Positions 1-12,230 of a stretch of 64,000 nucleotides of DNA are shown here, piece after piece; within the stretch, counting starts at the first letter, position 1; every line of letters starts with the position of its first letter. The stretch comes from an uncultured SAR116 cluster alpha proteobacterium. Lineage in GTDB: Bacteria > Pseudomonadota > Alphaproteobacteria > Puniceispirillales > Marisalimonadaceae. Made by a program: the position numbers and the translations under genes. The notes beneath the pieces were generated by a model that did not search any database, was not told the origin of the DNA, and saw nothing but the letters and a program-made list of their open reading frames with translations. Location of the stretch: assembly GCA_902530325.1 (NCBI GenBank), contig CACAAB010000001.1, positions 11,654-75,653 on the forward strand. Reading direction: 5' to 3'.

Positions 1-1217
1 TCTGGTGGGGAAGCACTTAAATCAATAAGTTTGATATGAGGAAGAGTTGCACCAGTTGCTCTTTTTGGTAAAGTTAAATGAATATATTTACCATTTTTTG
101 CATTGTAAAATGTTTCTAATGATGGTGTTGCAGAGGCTAAAACTATAGGAGCTGAAGATCTTTTAGATCTGTAGATAGCCATATCTCTAGCATTGTACCG
201 AATGTTTTCTTCTTGTTTAAAAGCTTGCTCGTGTTCTTCATCAACTATAACTAAACCTAAATTCAAAATAGGTATCATTAACGCCGATCTTGCTCCTACT
301 ATAACTTTAGCTGATCCACTTAATGCAGATGACCAAATATTTTTCTTTTTTTTCTTTGTTATTTCAGAGTTCCAAACAAGTGGAGCAAAAGAAAATTTTT
401 CAAAAAATCTTTTTTCCCAATCTGGTGTCAAAACTATTTCTGGGAGTAAAATTAGTGCTTGCTTACCCTGATCTAAACAAGTTCTAACTGTTTCAAAGTA
501 AGTTTCAGTTTTACCAGAACCAGGGACCCCATCAAGTAAAAAACAATCTGATTTTGAATTTATAATAGAAGTATTAATTCTATCGACTGCAAGTTTTTGT
601 TCTAAATTTAAAAATTCATAATTTTTTTTATTTTTTTCAGAATTTTTTAAAAAATTAGAATATAAATTGACTTTTTTGAAGACTTTCCTTTCTAAGATTA
701 AGTGTTTTTGGACCATATCTTTCAAAATTGCTTTTGAAACACCTGTATTTTTAATAATATCAAATTGTGTCTTTCCATTATTTAAATTTGATAGAAAATC
801 TAAAACTAATTTATGTTTGTTAGTAATTTTGATTTCTTTTAATTCATTTATAAAATTACTTTTATAAACTTTTTCATAATCCGGAGAAGTAATAGCTTCT
901 ATCGGAGATAATATCATTTTTAAAACTAGTCCTTTAAATACACAATACCAACTCGCTAAAAAGTTCATTAATTCAATTGAAGGCTTTGGTATTGGTTTAA
1001 GATCATAAACTTGAAGAATTGTTTTCAACTTTCTTTCAGGTATGGTTTTTGTACCATCACCAATGATTATACCAACAATTTTTCTTTTTCCAAAAGGAAC
1101 CAATACGATTTGACCAACACTTAAATTGATATTTTCATCATCTAAAACGTAGTCAAATGGTTCGTTGAAAGGTCCACTAACTAAGACAGATACTTCTTTT
1201 GAATTTACATTTTTCAT
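1..1217 (-). CDS. priA: Primosomal protein N' (replication restart helicase), runs off the window start
   Basis: Manual minus-strand translation from ATG at 1217: N-terminal 'FDY...GQIVLVPFGKRKIVG', Walker A 'LLDGVPGSGKTETY', 'LLPEIVLT', 'VGARSAL', 'IVDEEHE', 'YNARD', 'ASATPSLE'. Missing from the ORF track because no stop lies in the window. Confidence 0.96.
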   Translation of the reverse strand, partial: MKNVNSKEVSVLVSGPFNEPFDYVLDDENINLSVGQIVLVPFGKRKIVGIIIGDGTKTIPERKLKTILQVYDLKPIPKPSIELMNFLASWYCVFKGLVLKMILSPIEAITSPDYEKVYKSNFINELKEIKITNKHKLVLDFLSNLNNGKTQFDIIKNTGVSKAILKDMVQKHLILERKVFKKVNLYSNFLKNSEKNKKNYEFLNLEQKLAVDRINTSIINSKSDCFLLDGVPGSGKTETYFETVRTCLDQGKQALILLPEIVLTPDWEKRFFEKFSFAPLVWNSEITKKKKKNIWSSALSGSAKVIVGARSALMIPILNLGLVIVDEEHEQAFKQEENIRYNARDMAIYRSKRSSAPIVLASATPSLETFYNAKNGKYIHLTLPKRATGATLPHIKLIDLSASPP

Positions 1218-1331
1218 TTACTATCTTTATGAAATAAGTTTAAAGCTAAATATAGTTATATTTTTTAAATAGTGTATTATAATTATGATTATTAATATGT
1301 TTCAACTTCAAGAAAGTTCAAAGGATAAGAG

Positions 1332-1985
1332 ATGCAATTATTTATAGACACTGCTGAAATAGAGGAAATTAAGTCGTTAAATATTACTAAATTAATTGAT
1401 GGAGTTACTACTAACCCGTCTTTAATAGCTAAATCTGGCAGAAATATAATTAGTACTATTGAAGAAATTTGTAATGAAGTGTCAGGACCTGTGAGCGCAG
1501 AGGTTACCGCAACAGATTTTGATAGCATGTTATTAGAAGGTAAAAAACTCTCTTCAATTGCTCAAAATGTTGCAATTAAAGTCCCTCTAACATTTGACGG
1601 GTTAAGAGCGTGTAAAGCATTTTCTGACGATGGTATTATGGTTAATGTCACCTTATGTTTTAGTGCTGCTCAAGCCTTATTAGCTGCTAAAGCAGGCGCA
1701 ACTTTTATATCTCCTTTTATAGGTAGATTAGATGACATTGGTGCTGATGGCATGAACTTAATATCTGAAATTACTGAGATCTATGATATTCATGGATTTG
1801 ATACTAAAGTTCTTGCAGCATCAATAAGAAGTGTTCAAGACATTGTAGATTCTGCAAAGTTAGGTGCAGATGTTGCTACAGTACCACCAAAATTTTTAAA
1901 ATCTATGTATAACCATCCTTTAACTGATAAAGGCTTATCAGATTTTCTATCCGATTGGAAAAAAACAGAACAATCAATTTTGTAA
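1332..1985 (+). CDS. tal: Transaldolase / fructose-6-phosphate aldolase (TalC/MipB family)
   Basis: 'FIDTA', 'GVTTNPSL', Schiff-base Lys in 'IKVP', 'NVTLCFS', 'SPFIGRLDD', 'AASIR'; divergent from priA. Confidence 0.93.
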   Translation: MQLFIDTAEIEEIKSLNITKLIDGVTTNPSLIAKSGRNIISTIEEICNEVSGPVSAEVTATDFDSMLLEGKKLSSIAQNVAIKVPLTFDGLRACKAFSDDGIMVNVTLCFSAAQALLAAKAGATFISPFIGRLDDIGADGMNLISEITEIYDIHGFDTKVLAASIRSVQDIVDSAKLGADVATVPPKFLKSMYNHPLTDKGLSDFLSDWKKTEQSIL

Positions 1986-1990
1986 TACAT

Positions 1991-2908
1991 ATGGAAGAAT
2001 TGAGTAAAAATAGTATTTCTAAAAATGAAAATGATACAATTTTGTCCTGGATAAAATATCTAGAAACAATTCGTGGTTATGGGGAACATACCTTAGATGC
2101 TTATAAAAGAGACGTGTTAGAATTTTCAAATTTTTGTACTGACAAAAATTATGAATTTTTATCACCAGATAAATATATTTTTAGAGAATTTTTGTCAGTT
2201 TTATCTGAAAGACAATTATCTAAACCAACAGTCGCTAGAAAAGTATCTAGTTTAAAAAATTTTTACAAATTCCTTATACGAGATAAAATTATTTCTTCAC
2301 TCGATATATCCATCTTTAAAAGTCCAAAACTTAAAAGATCATTTCCAAAGTCCATAGAGTCAAATCTATTAGCACAGGCTTTTGAATCAATTATGAATAA
2401 TGAATCTGATCATTGGATTAATCTGCGTGACAGGGCAGTTTTACTTCTATTGTATGGCTCAGGTTTAAGAATAAGTGAGGCGTTATCCCTAAAAAGAAAA
2501 GACGCACCCAATGGGGAGTGGTTAAGAGTAAAAGGTAAAGGTAACAAATATCGAGATGTACCTCTTTTACCAATTATTTGTGAAGGAGTTAGGGAATATA
2601 TAGATCATTGTCCATTTGATACTAATGGGGATGAGCCACTTTTTTTGGGAAAACGAGGAGGAGAATTATCTCCAAGAATTATTCAAAGAAGAGTAGAAAA
2701 TCTGAGATATGAATTGGGCTTACCATCCCATACTACTCCTCATGCTTTACGACATGCATTCGCCACTCATTTATTATCTGGTGGGGCAGATTTAAGAGCT
2801 ATACAACAATTGTTAGGCCACTCCAGCCTTTCAACCACCCAAAGATATACAGATGTAAACGAAGCAGAACTTTTGAGATTACATAAAGCAATACATCCAC
2901 GCTCATAA
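1991..2908 (+). CDS. xerC: Tyrosine recombinase XerC
   Basis: SAM-like N-terminal domain ('HTLDAYKRD'), catalytic 'YGSGLRISE', 'KGKGNK', 'TPHALRHAFATHLL', 'LLGHSSLSTTQRY'. ATG at 1991 preferred over the TTG at 1955. Confidence 0.88.
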   Translation: MEELSKNSISKNENDTILSWIKYLETIRGYGEHTLDAYKRDVLEFSNFCTDKNYEFLSPDKYIFREFLSVLSERQLSKPTVARKVSSLKNFYKFLIRDKIISSLDISIFKSPKLKRSFPKSIESNLLAQAFESIMNNESDHWINLRDRAVLLLLYGSGLRISEALSLKRKDAPNGEWLRVKGKGNKYRDVPLLPIICEGVREYIDHCPFDTNGDEPLFLGKRGGELSPRIIQRRVENLRYELGLPSHTTPHALRHAFATHLLSGGADLRAIQQLLGHSSLSTTQRYTDVNEAELLRLHKAIHPRS

Positions 2909-2943
2909 AAAAAGGCGATTTAACATAATCAAATCGCCTCCTT
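2908..2943. terminator. Hairpin between convergent xerC and katG
   Basis: AGGCGATTT (2913-2921) pairs with AAATCGCCT (2931-2939); the preceding A-run gives a U-tract on the katG strand. Confidence 0.65.
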
Positions 2944-2964
2944 GAAAAATCATTATATATCTGA

Positions 2965-5170
<2,206 letters not shown>

Positions 5171-5172
5171 GT

Positions 5173-5193
5173 AGTTTAGAACGATTTTAAAGT
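5173..5193. promoter_or_regulatory. ICE (iron control element, Irr-binding box) upstream of katG
   Basis: AGTTTAGAACGATTTTAAAGT matches the ICE consensus AnTTTRGAAYnRTTCYAAAnT with one mismatch; lies between irr and katG. Confidence 0.7.
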
Positions 5194-5200
5194 AAAAAAA

Positions 5201-5599
5201 TCAAATTTGCTTCTTAATTTTTATTAATACCTCAACACCGTTATTAAGATAACCTTGAGGAATTTTTGGAAGCTTGCGTAAGTTAACTTCATCATTTTCA
5301 ATATCAATTAATTCACCCGTTTCTTCGTCTAAAAAATGATGGTGCTGATTTATGTTTGTGTCAAAAATAGCTGTGTCTTTGGAAGATTCAACTTGTTTAA
5401 TAAGACCACAATTTCTAAATTTTTTAAGACAATTATAAATTGTAGCTATAGACATTGAATTACCCGAAGAATTTATTTCGTTTTGTAGATTTTCAGCAGT
5501 AAAATGTCTATTAATACCATCTAAAAGGATGTCTGCAATTATCATCCTCTGTTTAGTAGGTCTTAGACCAGCTTTCCTTAATTTTTCTTTATTATTCAT
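5201..5599 (-). CDS. irr: Fur-family iron response regulator (Irr type)
   Basis: 'GLRPTKQR', 'RHFTAE', 'SIATIYN', 'FDTN..HHHF.DEE' (Irr HHH motif), no CxxC zinc site. Confidence 0.85.
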   Translation of the reverse strand: MNNKEKLRKAGLRPTKQRMIIADILLDGINRHFTAENLQNEINSSGNSMSIATIYNCLKKFRNCGLIKQVESSKDTAIFDTNINQHHHFLDEETGELIDIENDEVNLRKLPKIPQGYLNNGVEVLIKIKKQI

Positions 5600-5617
5600 G
5601 AGATAATTATTACACTA

Positions 5618-5636
5618 ATTGATAGTAATTCTCAAT
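5618..5636. promoter_or_regulatory. Fur-box-like palindrome upstream of irr
   Basis: ATTGATAGT-A-ATTCTCAAT, a 9-1-9 inverted repeat with one mismatch per arm to the 7-1-7 TGATAATnATTATCA Fur consensus, about 20 bp before the irr ATG. Confidence 0.5.
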
Positions 5637-5733
5637 AAACAATTAATTTATTGTATTATTGACCCTTTTTGTTCATTCAAGCTTTACGTAAGTCAAATAA
5701 AATGTGATCTTCTTCATATTAAGAGGAGAAAAT

Positions 5734-7155
5734 ATGTCAAGGCCATGTGATCTAGATGCTATAGAAGCAAGAAGGTTAATTGGAAACAAAAAACTTTCAC
5801 CATTAGAGCTAACAAAGAGTTGTATTGAGCAAATAGAAAAATTAAACCCTTCTATAAATGCAGTTGTAGCAATTAATAATGCAGATGTTCTAAAACAGGC
5901 AAAAAAAGCTGAAGATGATGTAATGTCTGGATCAGAACTAGGTTTACTTCATGGTTTACCCGTTGGCATAAAAGATTTAAATATTGTTAAAAATCTCCGC
6001 TCAACATCTGGGTCTAAAATCTATGAAAATAGAATTCCTGAAAGTGATGACACTATAGTTGAGGATATTAGAGGTGAAGGTGCAATAATTTTTTGTAAGA
6101 CAAACACACCAGAATTTGGTGCAGGTGGTAATACAAAAAATTTTGTATATGGTGCTACTTCTAATCCATTTGATCTAACAAAAACTCCTGCAGGTTCTTC
6201 TGGTGGAAGCGCTGCAGCTTTAGCCTGTAACATGATGCCATTGGCTAATGGTAGTGATTATGGAGGAAGCCTCAGGACCCCTGCTGGGTTTTGTGGTGTT
6301 AATGGTTTTAGGCCTTCTCCGGGTTTGGTACCGGCAACTGAAGCTGCTGTAGGTTTGAACCCTTTTTCAGTTCAAGGCCCAATGGGCAGAAGTGTGTCGG
6401 ACACTTATTTACTATTACAAGCTCAAGCAAATTTAAATAGAATAGATCCGTTCTCAAGTTTTGATAGTATTTCAATGCCTCAAGAATTGATTGGGGCAGA
6501 CCTATCAAATATAAAAATGGCATACTCAGCTGATCTTGGATGTGCTCCAGTAGACAATGAGATTAAATCAATTTTTCTTGATAAGGTAAGTACTTTTAAA
6601 AGTAATTTTCTAAAGTCAGAGCAAGCTGAACCAGATTTTTTAGATGTGCATAATTGCTTTGAAGTCATACGAGGATTTAACTATGTTGCGTCACATAAAG
6701 AAAGATTCGATAATTCAAAAGATTTGTTGGGGCCAAATGTAATTGATAATGTTGAAAGAGGATTAAAGTACTCTCTTTCAGATGTATCATGGGCTCATGT
6801 GATGCAAACAAAAATTTACAGAAACTTTCGTAATTTTTTTAATGAATATGATGTTCTGATTTGTCCTGCTGCATCAGTTTCTCCATATCCGCATAAACAA
6901 TTATTTGTTGATGAAATTAATGGAGAGAAAATGCCAACTTATATGAGGTGGTTATCACTTAGCTATGCAACCACAATGGCAATCCCTTGTGTTTGGGCAT
7001 TGCCATGTGGATTAGATCATCAACAAATGCCCTTCGGAATTCAATTAATTGCGCCCGCTGGAAAAGATATAGATTTATCTGAGATTGCAAAAAGTTTGGA
7101 GTCAATTTTAATTAAAAATGAAGCTACTAAAAGGCCAGTTCCACAAATAGTTTAA
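5734..7155 (+). CDS. Amidase signature family protein
   Basis: 'HGLPVGIKD', 'KTNTPEFG', 'GSSGGSAAALA', 'GSDYGGSLRTPA'; AGGAG RBS before ATG at 5734. Confidence 0.9.
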   Translation: MSRPCDLDAIEARRLIGNKKLSPLELTKSCIEQIEKLNPSINAVVAINNADVLKQAKKAEDDVMSGSELGLLHGLPVGIKDLNIVKNLRSTSGSKIYENRIPESDDTIVEDIRGEGAIIFCKTNTPEFGAGGNTKNFVYGATSNPFDLTKTPAGSSGGSAAALACNMMPLANGSDYGGSLRTPAGFCGVNGFRPSPGLVPATEAAVGLNPFSVQGPMGRSVSDTYLLLQAQANLNRIDPFSSFDSISMPQELIGADLSNIKMAYSADLGCAPVDNEIKSIFLDKVSTFKSNFLKSEQAEPDFLDVHNCFEVIRGFNYVASHKERFDNSKDLLGPNVIDNVERGLKYSLSDVSWAHVMQTKIYRNFRNFFNEYDVLICPAASVSPYPHKQLFVDEINGEKMPTYMRWLSLSYATTMAIPCVWALPCGLDHQQMPFGIQLIAPAGKDIDLSEIAKSLESILIKNEATKRPVPQIV

Positions 7156-7164
7156 GGTTTAAAA

Positions 7165-8058
7165 ATGATTGAGACAAGATTAGATAAAAATTTCAAAATT
7201 AAAGGTTTTTTTGATGAGGAAACATCCACTATCAGTTATGTCGTTTATGACATGACTTCAAAAAAATGCGCCGTAATAGATAGTGTTTTAGATTTTGATT
7301 TTTCATCAGGTACAATAGATTATTATAATGCAGAAAAAATTATTTCTTTTATTGAGAAGATGAAATTAGATCTTGAGTGGCTTATCGAAACACACGTTCA
7401 CGCAGATCACTTGTCTGCATCTCCCTATATCCAGAAAAAATTAGGTGGGAAAATTGGTATATCTGAAAAAATCTCCGATATACAAAATATTTTTGGTAAA
7501 ACATTTAATGCTGGGACAGAATTTCAAAAGGATGGTAGTCAGTTTGATAGATTATTTAAAGATAATGATGAATACAAAATTGGAAGTATAAAATGTAGAG
7601 TAATCAATACTCCAGGCCATACACCAGCTTGTACCGCACATGTGATTGGAAATTCTATTTTTGTAGGAGACACCTTATTTATGCCAGATCTTGGTAGTGC
7701 CAGAGCTGATTTTCCTGGTGGGGACGCTCGTGAACTTTATAGATCGATTCAAAAAATTTTGAGCTATCCAGAGGATACCTTAATTTTTGTTTGCCATGAT
7801 TATCCACCGACTTCACGAAAAGTAGAGTGGGTTACAACGGTGGGTGAGCAGAAAAAAAAGAATATTCATGTAAAGACTTCAATTGGAGAAGATGAGTTTG
7901 TTAAAGTAAGAGAGGCAAGAGACAAAACATTAAATATGCCTAAACTCATAATACCATCAATTCAAGTAAATATGAGAGCTGGTAACCTACCACCCGCAGA
8001 GGACAGTGGAGATGTCTTTATCAAGGTGCCAATTAATAGCATGAAAAATTTAGTCTAA
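7165..8058 (+). CDS. MBL-fold persulfide dioxygenase (Blh/ETHE1-like)
   Basis: 'ETHVHADHLSA', 'TPGHTPAC', 'GDTLFMPD.G.ARADFPGG', 'CHDY', 'PSIQVNMRAG'. Confidence 0.88.
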   Translation: MIETRLDKNFKIKGFFDEETSTISYVVYDMTSKKCAVIDSVLDFDFSSGTIDYYNAEKIISFIEKMKLDLEWLIETHVHADHLSASPYIQKKLGGKIGISEKISDIQNIFGKTFNAGTEFQKDGSQFDRLFKDNDEYKIGSIKCRVINTPGHTPACTAHVIGNSIFVGDTLFMPDLGSARADFPGGDARELYRSIQKILSYPEDTLIFVCHDYPPTSRKVEWVTTVGEQKKKNIHVKTSIGEDEFVKVREARDKTLNMPKLIIPSIQVNMRAGNLPPAEDSGDVFIKVPINSMKNLV

Positions 8059-9363
8059 TTCTTTTAAAACAGATTGAACAATTTCAAAAATTTTGTCTAT
8101 ATCATGATTTTCTGCAATTAAAGGAGGAGAGAATGCAAGTGTATCTCCTGTCACTCTTAGCATTAAACCCTTATGCCAAGCTTTTTTCATAGCTTCATAT
8201 CCTCTAGCGCCTACAGATCCTGGCCTTGGAGCAACTTCTATTGCAGCTACTAAACCTAAATTTCTTATATCAATTACATTTTTATCATTTTTAAGCTGGT
8301 GAACGATATTCTCTAAATATTTAGCTGTTTTACCAGCCTTATTGAACAAGTCCTCATCTCTATAAATATCTAGTGCAGCAAGACCAGCGGCTGATGCAAT
8401 AGGATGTCCTGAATATGTATATCCATGAAAAAGTTCTATGGGCATATCTGCTTCGTCCATCATGGTATCATAAATCTCCTTAGACACTACAGCAGCACCC
8501 ATAGGAATAATTCCATTAGTGATTGCCTTCGCACAAGAAATAATATCAGGAGTAACTCCAAAATACTCAGAAGCTGTTGCTTTTCCAAGGCGCCCAAAAC
8601 CAGTTATAACTTCATCAAAAATTAATAAAATGTCGTGTTTATCACATATTTCTCTTAGTCTTTTTAAATAATTTTTTGGAGGCGGTAAAACTCCAGTAGA
8701 ACCTGCTACAGGCTCTACAATCACAGAAGCAATATTGGATGCATCATGAAGTGCAATAATGTCTTCTAATGTATCTGCCAAATAGTCACCATGTTCAGGT
8801 GAACCTTTAGAAAATCTATTCTTTTCTGGAAGAAATGTATGGGATATATGATCTACGCCCGTTAGCAATGATCCAAAATATTGTCTGTTTCTTGGCATTC
8901 CACCAACTGAAATTCCACCAAATCCGACACCATGGTAGCCTCTTTCCCGACCAATTAATCTTGTCTTAGTTCCTTTGCCTCTAGCACGATGATAAGCTAA
9001 AGCTATTTTAAGAGTACTATCAACAGCTTCAGAACCAGAGTTTGTAAAAAAAACATGGTCTAAACCTTTTGGAAATATATCAGCGACACGACTTGCAAGT
9101 TCAAAAGATTTTGGATGACCATATTGAAAACTTGGAGCAAAATCCAAAGTTGCTGCTTGCTCAGAAATAGCAGATGTTATTTCTGGTCTATTATGTCCTG
9201 CATTAACACACCACAATCCGGCTGCACTATCTAAAATATCTTGCCCAGTTTCACTTTTGTAATACATACCATCAGCTGCAACAACCATTCTGGGATCTTT
9301 CTTGAAATCCCTATTAGCCGTAAATGGCATCCAGTAAGATTCTAAATTATTTAATCTTTTCAT
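8050..9363 (-). CDS. Omega-amino acid:pyruvate aminotransferase (class III PLP, beta-alanine type)
   Basis: 'YWMPFTANR', 'GLWCVNAGH', 'NSGSEAVD', 'FDEVITGFGR', PLP Lys in 'CAKAITNG', 'HGYTYSGHP'. Confidence 0.92.
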   Translation of the reverse strand: MKRLNNLESYWMPFTANRDFKKDPRMVVAADGMYYKSETGQDILDSAAGLWCVNAGHNRPEITSAISEQAATLDFAPSFQYGHPKSFELASRVADIFPKGLDHVFFTNSGSEAVDSTLKIALAYHRARGKGTKTRLIGRERGYHGVGFGGISVGGMPRNRQYFGSLLTGVDHISHTFLPEKNRFSKGSPEHGDYLADTLEDIIALHDASNIASVIVEPVAGSTGVLPPPKNYLKRLREICDKHDILLIFDEVITGFGRLGKATASEYFGVTPDIISCAKAITNGIIPMGAAVVSKEIYDTMMDEADMPIELFHGYTYSGHPIASAAGLAALDIYRDEDLFNKAGKTAKYLENIVHQLKNDKNVIDIRNLGLVAAIEVAPRPGSVGARGYEAMKKAWHKGLMLRVTGDTLAFSPPLIAENHDIDKIFEIVQSVLKELD

Positions 9364-9406
9364 TATAAATCTCCGAGAGCTAAATCTTACAACTCACTAT
9401 TCAACT

Positions 9407-9435
9407 ATTTTGACAACATGTATTAATAACGTCAA
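9407..9435 (-). promoter_or_regulatory. Sigma70-like promoter for the aminotransferase, within a TTGAC-N16-GTCAA repeat
   Basis: Minus strand TTGACG (9435-9430), 17-nt spacer, CAAAAT (9412-9407). Confidence 0.35.
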
Positions 9436-9451
9436 GTTAATGATTTTTTAA

Positions 9452-10579
9452 TTAGAAAAATTGATCATTAATATCTCCAAGACTTGGAGCAGAGGCTCTT
9501 TTTTGGTCTTTTCTAAATTGCATATCTACAGGTATAGGAAGAGCAGGAATTTCTTGACCTAAATTATTTATGATTTTGTTTTCAAAAATCTTTCTAACTT
9601 TAAAGTGGTTGTCATTGATTGCTTCTTCAATTGATTTAACAATTGAGCAGCAACAATCTGCTTTGTTAAATACATCAATCCAGTAATTTTTTTCTTTTTG
9701 TCCAATAATTTTTCTAATTTCTTCAATGACCTTCTCTTGATCATTCTGCACTTTAATAAATTTTTTTGGGAGTTCTATTGCCTCACAAAACTTATTCCAA
9801 AATCTATCCTCTAAAGGCGCTGCAGCTACATAACTTCCATCACTTGTTTTGTAGATATTATATCTAGGAGAACCTCCTGATAAAACTCCATCACTATTGC
9901 CTGGCCATTTGTTATGAGCAAACCCAGAACCTAAACCCCAAAACATAAAAGGAAAAAGATTTTCTGTCATAGATAGATCAATATATGAGCCTTCTTTATT
10001 TAAGTCCCTTTTTCTTAATGCTAATAAGATATTAATTACAGCCGGATAAGATCCGCCCGCTATATCTGCTACAAGTGCTGGCGGTACAACGGTATCATTT
10101 TCTCTACCCATGCTTATACTCAGAAGACCTGCATTACCTATATAGTTAAGATCATGGCCAGCAACCATACTTTTTGGTCCATATTGACCATAACCTGTGA
10201 TAGAGACATAAATTATGTCTTGGTTAATTTTTTTTATACTTTCGTAATCTAATCCCAGTCTTTTCATTACGCCAGGCCTGAATTGTTCAATTATAATGTC
10301 AGCTTCTTTTAAAATTGGTATCAAGATTTTAAGATTTTTAGGATCTTTTAAATCAAGAGATAAACTTTTTTTACCTCTATTAAGCAAAGAAAAAGACACA
10401 CTTTGTTCACCCCATTGAGGATTAGACAATCTTATTTCATCACCAACACCAGGTTTTTCAATCTTAATTACCTCTGCTCCTGTTTCTGATAAGAACAAGC
10501 TTGCAAGTGGTCCAGGTAAGAGAGTTGAAAAATCTATTACTTTTATGCCCTCTAAGGATCCTTTTAATACTTCTTTCAT
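9452..10579 (-). CDS. Class III CoA-transferase (CaiB/BaiF, alpha-methylacyl-CoA racemase-like)
   Basis: 'LEGIKVIDF..LLPGP', 'NRGKKS', 'FRPGVM', 'GHDLNY', catalytic Asp in 'VADIAGG'. Confidence 0.9.
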   Translation of the reverse strand: MKEVLKGSLEGIKVIDFSTLLPGPLASLFLSETGAEVIKIEKPGVGDEIRLSNPQWGEQSVSFSLLNRGKKSLSLDLKDPKNLKILIPILKEADIIIEQFRPGVMKRLGLDYESIKKINQDIIYVSITGYGQYGPKSMVAGHDLNYIGNAGLLSISMGRENDTVVPPALVADIAGGSYPAVINILLALRKRDLNKEGSYIDLSMTENLFPFMFWGLGSGFAHNKWPGNSDGVLSGGSPRYNIYKTSDGSYVAAAPLEDRFWNKFCEAIELPKKFIKVQNDQEKVIEEIRKIIGQKEKNYWIDVFNKADCCCSIVKSIEEAINDNHFKVRKIFENKIINNLGQEIPALPIPVDMQFRKDQKRASAPSLGDINDQFF

Positions 10580-10600
10580 AATGAATTCCTAAAATTTAAT

Positions 10601-11734
10601 TTATACCAAACCTCTTTGACTTAAATTTTTAATCATTGAAGATATGCCAAACTCCCACTGTGGACAAGCTGTGGATAAATTCACATAATTTACTAATTCG
10701 CCCAAATTAGGCTCTGAAATAGTTACCTTATCACCAATTTTATGAGTAAATCCCTCACCTACGACGTCTCTATCTTCAGTTGGGGCAAATAGGGTTCCTA
10801 AAAATAACATAAAACCATCTGGATATTGATGATGTCTTCCAATTGTTTGATTTACCAAATCTTCTGGATCTCTGCTTATTTCTGACATAGAGCTTGAACC
10901 ATTTAATATATACCCTTCTTCGCCTTCTACTTTTAATGTAATATGAGCTGATTTCATATCATCTAGTGAATAAGTATCATCAAAAATTCTTATAAAGGGT
11001 CCAATTGAACAAGAGGCGTTATTGTCTTTAGCTTTGCCCAAAAGAAGAGCCGAACGCCCTTCAACATCTCTTAAGTTAACATCGTTACCAAGAGTAGCTC
11101 CTTTGATTATGCCTTTGCTGTTAACCGCTAAAACGATTTCTGGTTCAGGATTATTCCAATTTGAAATGGGATTTAGACCCACTTCTGATCCAAAACCAAC
11201 TGATGATAAAGTCTGAGCTTTAGTAAAAACTTCAGCATCTTTACCAATTCCAACCTCTAAGTATTGTGACCATAAACCTTCTTTAATAAGTGCATTTTTA
11301 ACTTCAATAGCTTTTTCTGACCCAGGAATAATATTTTGCAGACTGTCACCAATCAATCCACCAATATGATTTCTAAGACTTTCTGCTTTTTTAGGATCAC
11401 CTGCTGCTCTTTCTTCAATTACTCTTTCAACCATTGATTTAGCAAATGTTACACCGCATGCTTTAATTGCTTGAAAATCACAGGGGGCAAGTAGGTGATA
11501 TTCTGAATTTTTTTTAAAGCTTAATTCAAACAATTCTTCAACTGAAATTAATTTTACACCTTGAACGTTATTTAAATATTTTTTTATATCTTCTAATTCA
11601 AGCAAATCTCTTACAGTGGGGATCTCTTTGGATGTAATGTCATATACATTTCCATCTTTTATTTTAATTAAACATGGTCCATTTTTCCAATTGTCCCATA
11701 TTCGTCCAATAAAACATCCCTTTGAGTAATCCAT
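10601..11734 (-). CDS. Fumarylacetoacetate hydrolase family protein (XylX-like 2-keto-3-deoxypentonate dehydratase)
   Basis: 'KACGVTF..SMVERVIEE', 'WSQYLEVGIG.DAEVFTK', 'WNNPEPE', 'GNDVNLRDVEGRSALLL', 'HQYPDG'. Confidence 0.82.
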   Translation of the reverse strand: MDYSKGCFIGRIWDNWKNGPCLIKIKDGNVYDITSKEIPTVRDLLELEDIKKYLNNVQGVKLISVEELFELSFKKNSEYHLLAPCDFQAIKACGVTFAKSMVERVIEERAAGDPKKAESLRNHIGGLIGDSLQNIIPGSEKAIEVKNALIKEGLWSQYLEVGIGKDAEVFTKAQTLSSVGFGSEVGLNPISNWNNPEPEIVLAVNSKGIIKGATLGNDVNLRDVEGRSALLLGKAKDNNASCSIGPFIRIFDDTYSLDDMKSAHITLKVEGEEGYILNGSSSMSEISRDPEDLVNQTIGRHHQYPDGFMLFLGTLFAPTEDRDVVGEGFTHKIGDKVTISEPNLGELVNYVNLSTACPQWEFGISSMIKNLSQRGLV

Positions 11735-11838
11735 TCAGCTCTCCTTAAAAAACTACTGATGATAATATAAATGAAAATTTGAATATTTAAATTTAATTAT
11801 ATAGTGTTTAATTTTATTTACTTTTAAGAGGTTTTGTA

Positions 11839-12216
11839 ATGAGTGCTTTTTTTGAATTAAGAATTTATCAAATTGCTCCTGGAAAAATGAATGAATGGGT
11901 TTCGTTTATGGAGAAAACTATAATGCCTTTTCAAGTAGAAAAAGGTATGGTTATACATGGCAGTTTTGTAATGGATAGTTCAGACCAATTCGCTTTAGAG
12001 AATGGTGAACGTGTAATGAATTCTGAACAAAAAGGAAATAAATATGTCTGGATTAGAAGATTTGAAAATCAAGATGAAAAAGTAAAACTTTACAAGGCTG
12101 TTTATGAAAGCAAAGAGTGGTTAGAAAATATTGCTCCAACAGTCGCAAAACTTGTAGATAGGAATTCTATACTTGTTCAGAACTTAAGTTCCACTCCACT
12201 ATCTGTAATGAAATAA
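11839..12216 (+). CDS. NIPSNAP family protein
   Basis: 'FFELRIYQIAPGKMNEW', 'YVWIRRFE', 'AVYES.EW'. Confidence 0.82.
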   Translation: MSAFFELRIYQIAPGKMNEWVSFMEKTIMPFQVEKGMVIHGSFVMDSSDQFALENGERVMNSEQKGNKYVWIRRFENQDEKVKLYKAVYESKEWLENIAPTVAKLVDRNSILVQNLSSTPLSVMK

Positions 12217-12230
12217 ATAGGATAAATTTT

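Noticed and set aside
193-1528. Short ORFs 193-471, 667-867 and 1292-1528
   Set aside because: Antisense shadows of priA and tal. The same applies to the many 60-160 aa opposite-strand or alternative-frame ORFs inside well-supported genes across the window.
1991-2908. Tyrosine recombinase as a phage or island integrase
   Set aside because: XerC size and motifs in the priA-tal-xerC housekeeping context; no tRNA, att repeats or phage genes nearby.
2918-2945. Complete dif site
   Set aside because: Only the XerD arm matches; the sequence at the XerC position does not resemble a XerC arm.
5734-7155. Either amidase (also 26798-28072) as gatA
   Set aside because: No gatB or gatC adjacent, and both lie in catabolic contexts.
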